Source: a bacterium (GTDB lineage: Bacteria; Zhuqueibacterota; Zhuqueibacteria; Residuimicrobiales; Krinioviventaceae). Taken from it: DNA of 64,000 nt. Every line of letters begins with the position of its first letter. The stretch's first letter is position 1. The stretch lies in assembly GCA_963675755.2 (NCBI GenBank), contig CAXXMD010000002.1, forward strand, positions 160,001-224,000, given 5' to 3'. The position numbers were made by a program, and so were the translations under genes. Shown here piece by piece: positions 18,811-28,044 of the stretch. Under the pieces are notes generated by a model that did no database searches, was not told the DNA's origin, and was given only the letters and a program-made list of their open reading frames with translations.

Positions 18811-18881
18811 TGATTTATCATATTACAAATTTTTTATTAAAGATGTTTAAGCAATATATTTTGCTGCTACAAGGAGATTAG

Positions 18882-20237
18882 ATGAAGCTTGAAAAAAATA
18901 ATATTGAACGTAGAGAATTTATTCATAAAGGAGCAGGGCTTGTAGGATTACTGGCATTGGCACCGGATAAAAGCCGGGCTGCAGCAAAATCATCCAGGCT
19001 GCGTGTTGCACTTGTGGGTACCGGTTCAAGAGGATGTGATATGTGGGGTAAGCGGCTGGTGCACCCCTTTGCGGAATATATCGAGATAGTGGCCCTGTGT
19101 GATATCAATCCCAAAAGGCTAAAAGCGGCCCGGGAATATATTGGTACTGATGCGGATTTATACATGGCTAAAGATTTTGATAAAATGATACAGGAAAAAC
19201 AACCCGATGCAGTAATATTGACAACTCCGGATTGTTTTCATGTAGATTATGCAATACGTGCGATGGAGTTGGGCTGTGATGTCATTTGTGAAAAACCAGT
19301 GGCAACTACAGCGGAGCAGTGTCAACGTTTATTGGATACGGAATACAAAACAGGTAAAAAAGTAACAGTGACTTTTAATGTGAGGCATGATCCCTCTGCT
19401 ATTGAAGTAAAGAAGCAGATCATTACGGGTAAGCTGGGCAAGATCATTTCTATGGAGTTTCATGAATTTTTGAATTTTGATCACGGTGCAAGTTATTTTA
19501 GAAGATGGCATGGCAAAACCGAATATTCCGGTTCGTTGCTTGTACACAAGGCCAGCCATCATTTTGACCAGATCAATTGGTGGCTCAATGCTGATCCGGT
19601 AGAGGTTACGGCACACGGTAAACTGGCATTTTATGGTAAAAATAATGCTTTCCGTGCGCAGAATTGCCGTAAGTGCAGTCACGTCAGCAAATGCAAATTT
19701 TACTGGGATATTTCTAAAAACGAATACTATCAAAAACTGTTTTTGGGATGTGAAGATTTCGACGGTTATTATCGTGATGGATGTGTATGGGACAATGATA
19801 TTAACGGATTTGATTCGGTTGTTGTGGATATTCTGTTTGATAATGATGTGATTGTATCTTATACCCTGGATGCCTATTTGCCGTATGAAGGTCAGGTTGT
19901 GGCAATAAATGGTGAATCGGGACGACTGGACGCCCACATATTCATGGCCCAACCATGGAAGGAAGACAAGGTATCCGAATTCCGGTATACTGAAACCTTT
20001 GGTGAATCAACAATATGGAGTCTGCCCCGTGTTGAAGAAGGGCACCTGACAGCTGATAATGACCTGAAAACACATTTGTTTGAACCCAGTCATCCGGACC
20101 CTCTGTTGAAAATGGCAGGCAGCCGTGAAGGCGTAATGTCCAGCCTGGTTGGAATTGCCGCACGGAAATCCATAGAAACCGGCAAGTCGATTAAAATTAA
20201 AGACCTTGTGGATTTTCCGTTATACTGGAAAGCATGA
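18882..20237 (+). CDS. Tat-exported Gfo/Idh/MocA oxidoreductase with Cys cluster (YteT-like)
   Basis: ERREFIHK signal; VGTGSRG, ICEKP, HGASYFRRWH, HKASHHFD, CRKCSHVSKC. Confidence 0.88.
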   Translation: MKLEKNNIERREFIHKGAGLVGLLALAPDKSRAAAKSSRLRVALVGTGSRGCDMWGKRLVHPFAEYIEIVALCDINPKRLKAAREYIGTDADLYMAKDFDKMIQEKQPDAVILTTPDCFHVDYAIRAMELGCDVICEKPVATTAEQCQRLLDTEYKTGKKVTVTFNVRHDPSAIEVKKQIITGKLGKIISMEFHEFLNFDHGASYFRRWHGKTEYSGSLLVHKASHHFDQINWWLNADPVEVTAHGKLAFYGKNNAFRAQNCRKCSHVSKCKFYWDISKNEYYQKLFLGCEDFDGYYRDGCVWDNDINGFDSVVVDILFDNDVIVSYTLDAYLPYEGQVVAINGESGRLDAHIFMAQPWKEDKVSEFRYTETFGESTIWSLPRVEEGHLTADNDLKTHLFEPSHPDPLLKMAGSREGVMSSLVGIAARKSIETGKSIKIKDLVDFPLYWKA

Positions 20238-20271
20238 GAACTGTTATTGATGATCTAATGTGGAGTTTTTT

Positions 20272-21510
20272 ATGAATAAATTATTTATGGTATTAGTAAT
20301 GATCTTTATTGCAGCATCAGGTGGAACTGTTTGGAGCAATCCGGATTTACAGGTTAGAGGGCTTTTTTATCTTGATAACCATCCTGTTTCGATCTCTATC
20401 AAAGATGGGATTATCGAAAATATCGAGCGTATAAATCCGCAGGAATCAGATCTTTCTACTGTCTATATAGCGCCGGGCTTTATTGATAATCAGGTGAACG
20501 GTTACGCGGGTATATCCTTCTCATTTGGTGGCGGTGATCTGACTGTAGACGGCGTGGAAAAGGCCACAAAAGCGTTATGGCGGGATGGGATAACTTCATA
20601 TTTACCTACACTGACTACCAATTCGCATGAATTGCTGGTCAAAAACCTGGGGGTACTTGCCAATGCAATGGATGCTCCGCAGATAAGGGGCTCTATTCCC
20701 GGATTTCACCTGGAAGGTCCGTATCTTTCCCCGGTGGACGGATGCCGAGGTGCTCAACCTTTGAAATGGATACGTAAGCCCGATTGGAATGAATTTCAGC
20801 AATATATTAAAGCGGCAGATGATCATATTTTGCAGGTAACCGTAGCCCCTGAAATTGATGGTGCTATGGATTTTATCCGCTATTGCAGCAGGGAAAACAT
20901 TGTTGTTGCGTTGGGGCACCACAATGCATCAGCAGAGCAGGTTAGAGAAGCGGCTGATCTGGGAGCGAGTCTTGCTACTCATTTGGGGAATGGCTGCGCT
21001 AACAGTATCAACCGTCATGCAAATCCGCTATGGCCGCAACTGGCAGAAGACCGTATTACAGCAACGATTATCTGCGACGGATTTCATCTTCGCCCTGAAG
21101 AGATCAAAACCTTTTACAAAGCAAAAGGCATTGAAAACACGATCATTGTTTCTGATGTCACCAGTTATGCTTCATTGCCACCGGGTGAATATACCGGTGC
21201 AAATGGCGAAACCATAGAGTTGACTCCTGAAGGTATGCTGCAGTACCCGGCACAAAAGGTTTTATACGGGTCTGCTTCTCCCATTACACGTGGAGTGGGA
21301 CATATCATGGAGGTGACCGGCTGCACACTTGCTGACGCGGTACGTATGGCAAGTTCTAATGTTGCCCGAGTAAATCATCTGGATGACCGTGGTGTAATTG
21401 AGCCAGGCAAGAGAGCGGATATTGTGCTCTTAACTATTGATAATTACAAAATTAAAATAGTGAAAACAATCGTGGCCGGTGAGGTCGTATATGATGTGGA
21501 TAAAGAATAG
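20272..21510 (+). CDS. nagA: N-acetylglucosamine-6-phosphate deacetylase-like amidohydrolase with apparent signal peptide
   Basis: PGFIDNQVNG, GITSYLPT, HLEGPY, TVAPE, LGH, THLGNG, DGFH, GKRADIV. ATG 20272 follows GGAG; the ORF track starts at 20260. Confidence 0.8.
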   Translation: MNKLFMVLVMIFIAASGGTVWSNPDLQVRGLFYLDNHPVSISIKDGIIENIERINPQESDLSTVYIAPGFIDNQVNGYAGISFSFGGGDLTVDGVEKATKALWRDGITSYLPTLTTNSHELLVKNLGVLANAMDAPQIRGSIPGFHLEGPYLSPVDGCRGAQPLKWIRKPDWNEFQQYIKAADDHILQVTVAPEIDGAMDFIRYCSRENIVVALGHHNASAEQVREAADLGASLATHLGNGCANSINRHANPLWPQLAEDRITATIICDGFHLRPEEIKTFYKAKGIENTIIVSDVTSYASLPPGEYTGANGETIELTPEGMLQYPAQKVLYGSASPITRGVGHIMEVTGCTLADAVRMASSNVARVNHLDDRGVIEPGKRADIVLLTIDNYKIKIVKTIVAGEVVYDVDKE

Positions 21511-21512
21511 GA

Positions 21513-22757
21513 ATGTTTGTGCAGAATAAGAATCTATTGAAAAAGATAATATTGTTACTCGGCTCAATTGGGCCGGGCCTCTTTTTAATTGGATATAATA
21601 TTGGTACCGGCAGCCTCACAACAATGGCTAAATCCGGCGCTCAATTTGGTATGAGTCTGTTTTGGGCTTTGCTTTTATCATGCCTGTTTACATACATACT
21701 CATGCTTGCGTATGGTAAAGTAACATTGGTTACTGGTAAAACGGCCCTGTATAATATAAAATCCTGTTTAAAGGGTGGTACACTGCTGGCTGTATATATT
21801 ATGGCTGCATTGATTTTCGGGGAGCTTCTGGCGCTGATGGGTATTATGGGCATAGTAGCCGATCTGCTGCAGGAAGGCGGACGTCTGGTGTTTGGTGTAA
21901 CCGTAAAGTCGGTATGGATCATCACAGTTTTGTCCATTGTCATGTATGCACTGCTCTGGTACGGCAGGTACAATGTGTTTGAAAAAGTATTGACGTTTTT
22001 CGTGATCCTGATGGGTGCCAGTTTTTTAGTGGTATTTTTTATGGTAAAACCGGATTTTGCTGAAATTGGCCGCGGTCTGGTTCCTGCAATTCCTGAAGGT
22101 CCGGGTGCATTGGGACTGATCGCCGCCATGGCAGGTACAACCTGTTCCGCAGCGGTCTTTATTATGCGAAGTACAGTGGTTGCTGAAAAAGGCTGGACCA
22201 TTGAGAATCTGAAGGATGAGAAAAAGGATGCTTTTGTATCTGTTTTCATGATGTTGTTTCTGAGCGGTATCATTATGGCTGTTTCAGCCGGTACGCTACA
22301 TGTAATGGGACTACAGTTAACCGAGACTATTGAAATGATCCAATTGTTTCAGCCGCTGGGCGGAAAAACGGCGGCGGTTATCCTGATTTTGGGTATCGCC
22401 GGGGCGGGTATTTCAACGATCTTTCCGATTGTATTGATTGCTCCCTGGTTGATTAGCGATTTTACCGGCAAACCCCGCGATATTCATTCTCCCTTGTATC
22501 GGATTTTGACATTAACAGCTCTTATATTCGGATTTGGCATGTTGTTTCTGGAACAAAAACCACCCGCGTTGATGATCTTTTCGCAGGCATTTCAGGCGTG
22601 TATTTTACCCGCGGTTTGCATACCCGTATTTTTACTGGTCCGCAATGAGGGCTTGATGGGGGACCATAAAGCAAAGTCCCTGTTGAGTACCGGTATATTT
22701 TTAGTGATTTTGTATTCATTCATCACCACAATTTTTGCATTGATAGAATTATTATAA
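21513..22757 (+). CDS. Nramp-like permease
   Basis: IGPGLFLIGYNIGTGSLTT, MAGTT; polytopic membrane protein; close paralog of 53427..54668. Confidence 0.8.
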   Translation: MFVQNKNLLKKIILLLGSIGPGLFLIGYNIGTGSLTTMAKSGAQFGMSLFWALLLSCLFTYILMLAYGKVTLVTGKTALYNIKSCLKGGTLLAVYIMAALIFGELLALMGIMGIVADLLQEGGRLVFGVTVKSVWIITVLSIVMYALLWYGRYNVFEKVLTFFVILMGASFLVVFFMVKPDFAEIGRGLVPAIPEGPGALGLIAAMAGTTCSAAVFIMRSTVVAEKGWTIENLKDEKKDAFVSVFMMLFLSGIIMAVSAGTLHVMGLQLTETIEMIQLFQPLGGKTAAVILILGIAGAGISTIFPIVLIAPWLISDFTGKPRDIHSPLYRILTLTALIFGFGMLFLEQKPPALMIFSQAFQACILPAVCIPVFLLVRNEGLMGDHKAKSLLSTGIFLVILYSFITTIFALIELL

Positions 22758-22792
22758 TTGAATTAATATTTATATAAACCCTGGAGTAAAAG

Positions 22793-23569
22793 ATGGAAAC
22801 CGTTTTACCTTTAAAATATTTTTCTGAAAACAAAATGCTTATAAAAGTATATAATACAGATGTTGAGCTGGGCAAAGCAGCCGCAGAATTTGTAGCTACA
22901 CGGTTAAATGAAACCATACAGCAGAAAAATAGCGCGAATTTAATTTTAGCTACCGGAGCTTCCCAGTTTACTTTTCTGGCTGCTTTGAAAACCATGAATA
23001 TTGACTGGTCAAAAATTACAGTATTTCATCTGGATGAATATAAAGATATGCCAATACAGCATCCCGCGAGTTTTAGAAAATATCTAAAAGAAAGAATACT
23101 TGATGATGTAAAGCCAGGTAAAGTATACCTGCTGGAAGGAGACGCCAATGATATTGAAGCAGAATTGAAACGGTATTCAGAATTGCTACAGTCCCATCCG
23201 GTGGATGTAGCTTGCATTGGTATTGGCGAAAACGGGCATATAGCCTTTAACGATCCTCCAGTAGCGGATTTTAATGATCCTAAACTTGTCAAGGTGGTTG
23301 ATCTGGATGAGGATTGCAGAAAGCAACAGTTGGGCGAAGGCTGGTTTGCAACCATCGATGATGTTCCTAAACAGGCACTGAGTCTTACTGTAACGGCCAT
23401 AATGAATTGCAAAACCGTGTGCTCAATGGTCCCGGATGAACGAAAAGCTCAGGCTGTCTATAATACCTTGAATATGCAGATAAGTACCGATTGTCCGGCA
23501 ACCATATTGCGCAATCATGATGATAACGTTCTGTTTCTCGATAAAAATTCTGCAAAGTTGATTATCTGA
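22793..23569 (+). CDS. nagB: Glucosamine-6-phosphate deaminase family protein
   Basis: ATGASQ, FHLDEY, HPASF, GIGENGHIAFNDPP, CPATILR. Confidence 0.85.
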   Translation: METVLPLKYFSENKMLIKVYNTDVELGKAAAEFVATRLNETIQQKNSANLILATGASQFTFLAALKTMNIDWSKITVFHLDEYKDMPIQHPASFRKYLKERILDDVKPGKVYLLEGDANDIEAELKRYSELLQSHPVDVACIGIGENGHIAFNDPPVADFNDPKLVKVVDLDEDCRKQQLGEGWFATIDDVPKQALSLTVTAIMNCKTVCSMVPDERKAQAVYNTLNMQISTDCPATILRNHDDNVLFLDKNSAKLII

Positions 23570-23619
23570 TGATTGTTTAATTCAAAATTGTATTATGTGA
23601 TTTTAAAAGGAAAATTTTT

Positions 23620-24531
23620 ATGAGTAAAACAATTAAAGTCTTTTTAATTTGTTTATGGATTTTTATGCCGATTTTTGTTTACGGTATTTCTGCAGAACCT
23701 TTTACTTTAGCGATATACTCAAAGGGTGAAATAGATAATACTATAGTGCATCAGATACCGGAAGAAGTGAAAAAAGCACCATCCAGGATCAATAAACTTG
23801 GGTATAACCGCGGCTATTATAATGTAAGCACACCCGAATTAACGGTTTTTCCTGCAATTGACCAATCAAAACCAACTCCTGCTATTGTTGTATTTCCCGG
23901 TGGTGGCTTTACTCATATTACGTATGATAAAGAAGGGACCATGATAGCGGATTGGTTAAATTCACTTGGAATTACTGCCATTGTTGTAAAGTATCGTACA
24001 TTACCCAAAGGTATACATAGAAATTCCGAAGAGGGGAAAAAGCTTGTGTTATCCATTGTTGATGATTGTATTCATGCCGTCTCAATTGTGAATACCAATG
24101 CGGCTGAATGGAATATTGATCCTGATAAAATCGGGATTATGGGATTTTCAGCGGGTGGTAGAATTTGCGCATCAATTATTACACAAACTCACTCTCATCA
24201 TCCAATCGATTACGACAACTATAAGCCTGATTTTTGTTGTCTGGTTTATCCCGGTTTGAGTGAACAGCAAATAGAAAGTGTAAATGCTGATTTACCCCCA
24301 ACGTTTATTACAGTGGCAAGGGATGACAAGGTAACCCCAGCCAATAAAACAATTGATCTATATTCAAAAATGTTGATTGCAAACGTTCCGTCAGAAATGC
24401 ACATCTTTATGAATGGAGCACATGGTTTTGGGATTTATAAAGACAGGGGGGTAGTATCTAATTGGCCGCTCCTCTTTGAAAATTGGATGGATAAACTAGA
24501 GATAACCAGTCATAATAGTCAGGGATTATAA
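23620..24531 (+). CDS. Secreted alpha/beta hydrolase (acetyl esterase-like)
   Basis: Signal peptide; FPGGGF, GFSAGG nucleophile elbow, DD and HGFG triad residues. Confidence 0.85.
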   Translation: MSKTIKVFLICLWIFMPIFVYGISAEPFTLAIYSKGEIDNTIVHQIPEEVKKAPSRINKLGYNRGYYNVSTPELTVFPAIDQSKPTPAIVVFPGGGFTHITYDKEGTMIADWLNSLGITAIVVKYRTLPKGIHRNSEEGKKLVLSIVDDCIHAVSIVNTNAAEWNIDPDKIGIMGFSAGGRICASIITQTHSHHPIDYDNYKPDFCCLVYPGLSEQQIESVNADLPPTFITVARDDKVTPANKTIDLYSKMLIANVPSEMHIFMNGAHGFGIYKDRGVVSNWPLLFENWMDKLEITSHNSQGL

Positions 24532-24611
24532 GTCAACTTTTTGTGGTTTTGTTTACTTTATATTTTGAATTTTATTCTGTTTTTTAATGGAATATATAAA
24601 TGGAGCAAAAA

Positions 24612-25502
24612 ATGATACAATTAAAATCTTTACAGTTGTTTTTGATTTTAAATTTAATGGGCAGTGTTATACTCGCCAAACCTTTTACCGTACCTTTGTA
24701 TAAAGATGGAATCAAAGATAATCCATTCAAACCGATAAATGATGAAAAAACTGTTAACCGACAAGCTGATCAGAATGAAAAGGGGTTAAATCGAGCCATT
24801 TACAATGTAACAGACCCTGATTTGATGGTTTATAAGGTACCAAAATCAGACAAGCCTACTGCGGCAGTTGTGGTTTTCCCAGGGGGTGGATTCACCCACG
24901 TTACGATTGATAAAGAAGGCATTGATGTGGCAGAATGGCTTAATGGGATCGGTATTACCGCGGTGATTGTCAAGTATCGTACAGTTCCTGAGGATTATGA
25001 TCGCGGATCAGAAGAAGGTTTAAAACTCCGTGAATTGATTGTTGAGGATGCTGTCAATGCTGTTTATGTATCACGAAAACATGCAACAGAGTGGAATCTT
25101 GATGTTGAAAAGATTGGAGTAATGGGATTCTCTGCAGGAGGATACTTGAGTGGAGCTGTCATTACGCAAATGTATGTGCCGGATAATGTGGATTATGAAT
25201 CTGCAATCCGTCCTGATTTTGCTTGTCTGATTTACCCTGGTGTGAACAAGCAGCATAATTCAAGGGTAGATTCTACTTTACCCCCGGTTTTTATTACCGT
25301 GGCAGCAGACGATCAAACAACTCCTGCTCCGCGGTCCATTTCTTTTTATGAAAAGCTGTATGAAAATTCAATACCTGCCGAACTGCATGTTTTTCAGAAT
25401 GGATCACACGGATTTGGTTTGGGGGAAAACAGGGGAATGGTTAATAGTTGGCCGCAATTATTTGAAAAATGGCTTGTTGAAAATGGAATTTTGGATAAAT
25501 AG
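24612..25502 (+). CDS. Secreted alpha/beta hydrolase (acetyl esterase-like), tandem paralog
   Basis: FPGGGFTH, GFSAGG, ADD, HGFG. ATG 24612 follows GGAG; the ORF track starts at 24600. Confidence 0.85.
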   Translation: MIQLKSLQLFLILNLMGSVILAKPFTVPLYKDGIKDNPFKPINDEKTVNRQADQNEKGLNRAIYNVTDPDLMVYKVPKSDKPTAAVVVFPGGGFTHVTIDKEGIDVAEWLNGIGITAVIVKYRTVPEDYDRGSEEGLKLRELIVEDAVNAVYVSRKHATEWNLDVEKIGVMGFSAGGYLSGAVITQMYVPDNVDYESAIRPDFACLIYPGVNKQHNSRVDSTLPPVFITVAADDQTTPAPRSISFYEKLYENSIPAELHVFQNGSHGFGLGENRGMVNSWPQLFEKWLVENGILDK

Positions 25503-25512
25503 AGTGGAAATT

Positions 25513-26544
25513 ATGCTGACAGAAAATATTAAAAATATAAATGAGCTGGACAATTTTTTATCCAATCCATCTGATGAATTGATAGAATACATGTCCGGTT
25601 TGAATGGAGATTTGATGATTCTCGGAGTTGCTGGTAAAATGGGTCCGTCACTGTCCTGTCTGGCAAAGCGTGCGTTATCGGCAAACAATATGAACAACCG
25701 GGTTATTGGTGTATCCCGGTTTTCATCAAAGGAAACCATGCATGAATTGAACAATGCCGGGATTGAGACCATACAGGGTGATCTGCTGGATGATGGATTT
25801 GTGGACTCGCTCCCTGACTGTGAAAATGTAATATATATGGCAGGTATGAAATTTGGGTCATCAGGAAACCCCGGACTTACCTGGGCCATGAACACCTATC
25901 TTCCATCACAGGTTGTTAAAAAATACCAAAACTCCCGTATTGTTGCGTTATCGACAGGAAATGTTTATCCCTTTTCGCAAGTGAATAGCGGCGGATGCAG
26001 TGAATCCGATCAGCCGGGGCCGGTAGGCGAATACGCACAATCATGTCTGGGCCGGGAACGGATATTTGAATATTTCAGCGGGATATACAATACTCCTGTT
26101 TGTCTGGTTCGTTTAAATTACGCGGTTGAAATGCGTTACGGCGTTTTGGTTGATATTGCTTCTCAGGTATTTCATGGAGAGTCTGTTGATGTTACCATGG
26201 GGTATACGAATGTTATCTGGCAGGGGGACGCGAATTCCATGATTTTGCAGGCGTTGTCTTATTGCAATGTGCCGGCAGTGCCCCTGAACATTACGGGGCC
26301 TGAGATCATATCTATTCGCTGGTTGGCAGAGCAGTTTGGTGAACGCTTTGGCGTCACTCCGCGAATTGTTAATAAAGAGGCTGATACTGCTTTATTGAAC
26401 AATGCGGGGTTATCGTTTTCGCTTATGGGCTACCCTAAAGTATCATTGAATCGTATCATCGACTGGACAGCTGAATGGATAAAGAGCGGAAAACCGTTAC
26501 TTGACAAACCAACCCATTTTCAGGAACGGGCAGGCAAATTTTAA
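25513..26544 (+). CDS. NAD-dependent epimerase/dehydratase (extended SDR)
   Basis: LGVAGKMG Rossmann motif, STGNVY, YAQSCLGRE, RLNYA. The likely start is ATG 25513; the ORF-track start 25348 overlaps the previous gene. Confidence 0.85.
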   Translation: MLTENIKNINELDNFLSNPSDELIEYMSGLNGDLMILGVAGKMGPSLSCLAKRALSANNMNNRVIGVSRFSSKETMHELNNAGIETIQGDLLDDGFVDSLPDCENVIYMAGMKFGSSGNPGLTWAMNTYLPSQVVKKYQNSRIVALSTGNVYPFSQVNSGGCSESDQPGPVGEYAQSCLGRERIFEYFSGIYNTPVCLVRLNYAVEMRYGVLVDIASQVFHGESVDVTMGYTNVIWQGDANSMILQALSYCNVPAVPLNITGPEIISIRWLAEQFGERFGVTPRIVNKEADTALLNNAGLSFSLMGYPKVSLNRIIDWTAEWIKSGKPLLDKPTHFQERAGKF

Positions 26545-26561
26545 TATAGGAGTTAGCACGA

Positions 26562-27635
26562 ATGACATTACCCTTACCATCTGAAGCAATAACTTCTTTG
26601 TTGAAAAAAGGAGTGGTTATACCAGCGCATCCGCTTGCGTTAAACAAAGACCTGAAACTGGATGAACGCAGACAAAAAGCATTGACCCGTTATTACCTGG
26701 ATTCAGGTGTTGGTGGATTGGCCGTAGGTGTTCATACGACACAGTTTGAGATCCGTGACCCCCAAATCGGATTGTTCAAACCTGTGCTGGAACTGGCAGC
26801 GCTGGAAATAAACGAGTTTATGAGCAGAGAAAACAAAACGATCATCAAAGTTGCCGGTATAACCGGAAATACGGCACAGGCCGTTAAAGAAGCAGAGATC
26901 ATTGCAGACCTGGGGTATGATGCCGGATTATTGAGTCTTGCTGCGTTGCCAGGCGCATCCAATGATGAATTGATTGCGCATTGCAGGCATGTAGCCCAGG
27001 TTATGCCGTTGATGGGATTTTATCTGCAACCTGCAGTTGGCGGACGAATACTGGATTTTGAATTCTGGAAAGCATTTGCAGAAATTGAAAACGTGGTTGC
27101 GATCAAAATGGCACCGTTCAACCGCTACCAGACGCTCGATGTAATTCGTGGTGTTGCGGAATCAGACAGGAGGGATGACATTGCATTATATACCGGCAAT
27201 GACGACAGTATTGTTACTGATTTGCTAACGGAATTCAGGATCAATATTGGATATGAAATCGTATCCATGAATATTGTTGGTGGGTTATTGGGACATTGGG
27301 CTGTCTGGACTCGGAATGTGGTAGAGATGTTTAACTCGGTCAAGATGGAGGTTAACAATTTGGGCAATATCCCCAGAGACTTTATGACCCTGGCTGCGCA
27401 GGTGACGGATTGCAATGCCGCGTTTTTTGACGCTAAATACAACTTTCGTGGGGTCATCGCTGGCATTCATGAGGTTTTGTACCGCCAGGGACTGCTAGAA
27501 GGGATCTGGACACTGAATCCTGCTGAAACCTTATCCCCGGGACAGCGAGAAGAGATTGACCGAGTGTATGCAGCGTATCCACATTTGAATGACGATGATT
27601 TTGTTAAAACCAATCTGGACAAATGGTTGGCCTAG
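26562..27635 (+). CDS. Dihydrodipicolinate synthase / class I aldolase family protein
   Basis: VIPAHPLAL, GVHTTQF, GFYLQPAVGG, VAIKMAPFNRY (Schiff-base Lys), LYTGNDD. Confidence 0.85.
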   Translation: MTLPLPSEAITSLLKKGVVIPAHPLALNKDLKLDERRQKALTRYYLDSGVGGLAVGVHTTQFEIRDPQIGLFKPVLELAALEINEFMSRENKTIIKVAGITGNTAQAVKEAEIIADLGYDAGLLSLAALPGASNDELIAHCRHVAQVMPLMGFYLQPAVGGRILDFEFWKAFAEIENVVAIKMAPFNRYQTLDVIRGVAESDRRDDIALYTGNDDSIVTDLLTEFRINIGYEIVSMNIVGGLLGHWAVWTRNVVEMFNSVKMEVNNLGNIPRDFMTLAAQVTDCNAAFFDAKYNFRGVIAGIHEVLYRQGLLEGIWTLNPAETLSPGQREEIDRVYAAYPHLNDDDFVKTNLDKWLA

Positions 27636-27672
27636 TTTAAAATATAAAAAGAATTTTATCTTGCTGCTTTTT

Positions 27673-27727
27673 TTAGAGTAAGAACTCATAATCCGCAGGT
27701 TCGGGATTCAAATCCCTGTGGGCCCAC
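27673..27727 (+). pseudogene. Degenerate 3' fragment of a tRNA with CAT anticodon (Ile2/Met-like)
   Basis: TTAGAG..CTCATAA TCCGC AGGTT CGGGA TTCAAAT CCCTG TGGGCCC A: anticodon loop, T-loop and 3' acceptor strand are recognisable. The 5' acceptor strand is absent, the anticodon stem is unpaired and G53 is replaced by A. Confidence 0.7.
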
Positions 27728-27730
27728 TGG

Positions 27731-27759
27731 AAAGCCATCAAACCTTTGATGGCTTTTTT
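27731..27759 (+). terminator. Rho-independent terminator
   Basis: AAAGCCATCAAA-CC-TTTGATGGCTTT followed by further Ts. Confidence 0.85.
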
Positions 27760-28044
27760 ATATAACTTTCCATAACTTTTCAATAATACTTTTCCCGATA
27801 TTAATTTTATTTCATTGTATTTAAATTTTCTTTATATATATATATGTGTGTGTTATGTATGAATTGGTTTGAATGAAATTGTTTAAAAATTAATTAATAT
27901 TATTTCAATTTTTAAAAGAATTTAATATCATAATTTCTATTTCTTTCTGTTTGTTCAGAACCTTTTAATCAATATTTATTATATAAGAATAATAAATATA
28001 TTTTTTTCTAGATGATAACTTTTCATTTTTTAAAATTTTGCTAA

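Noticed and set aside
19329-19952. 207-aa minus-strand ORF
   Set aside because: Lies wholly opposite a well-supported oxidoreductase; no motif.
21641-22273. 210-aa minus-strand ORF
   Set aside because: Antisense to a hydrophobic permease gene, a common source of open shadow frames.
25348-25512. N-terminal extension of the SDR ORF
   Set aside because: Overlaps the esterase gene by about 155 nt; the family-like sequence starts at ATG 25513.
26562-27635. dapA
   Set aside because: Lacks the GTTGE motif; longer than DapA and in a sugar-catabolic context.
27673-27727. Functional tRNA gene
   Set aside because: No 5' acceptor strand, broken anticodon stem and G53A; kept only as a remnant.
27833-27853. 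(TA)n(TG)n microsatellite-like run
   Set aside because: Short, in very AT-rich intergenic DNA, with no evident link to a promoter spacer.
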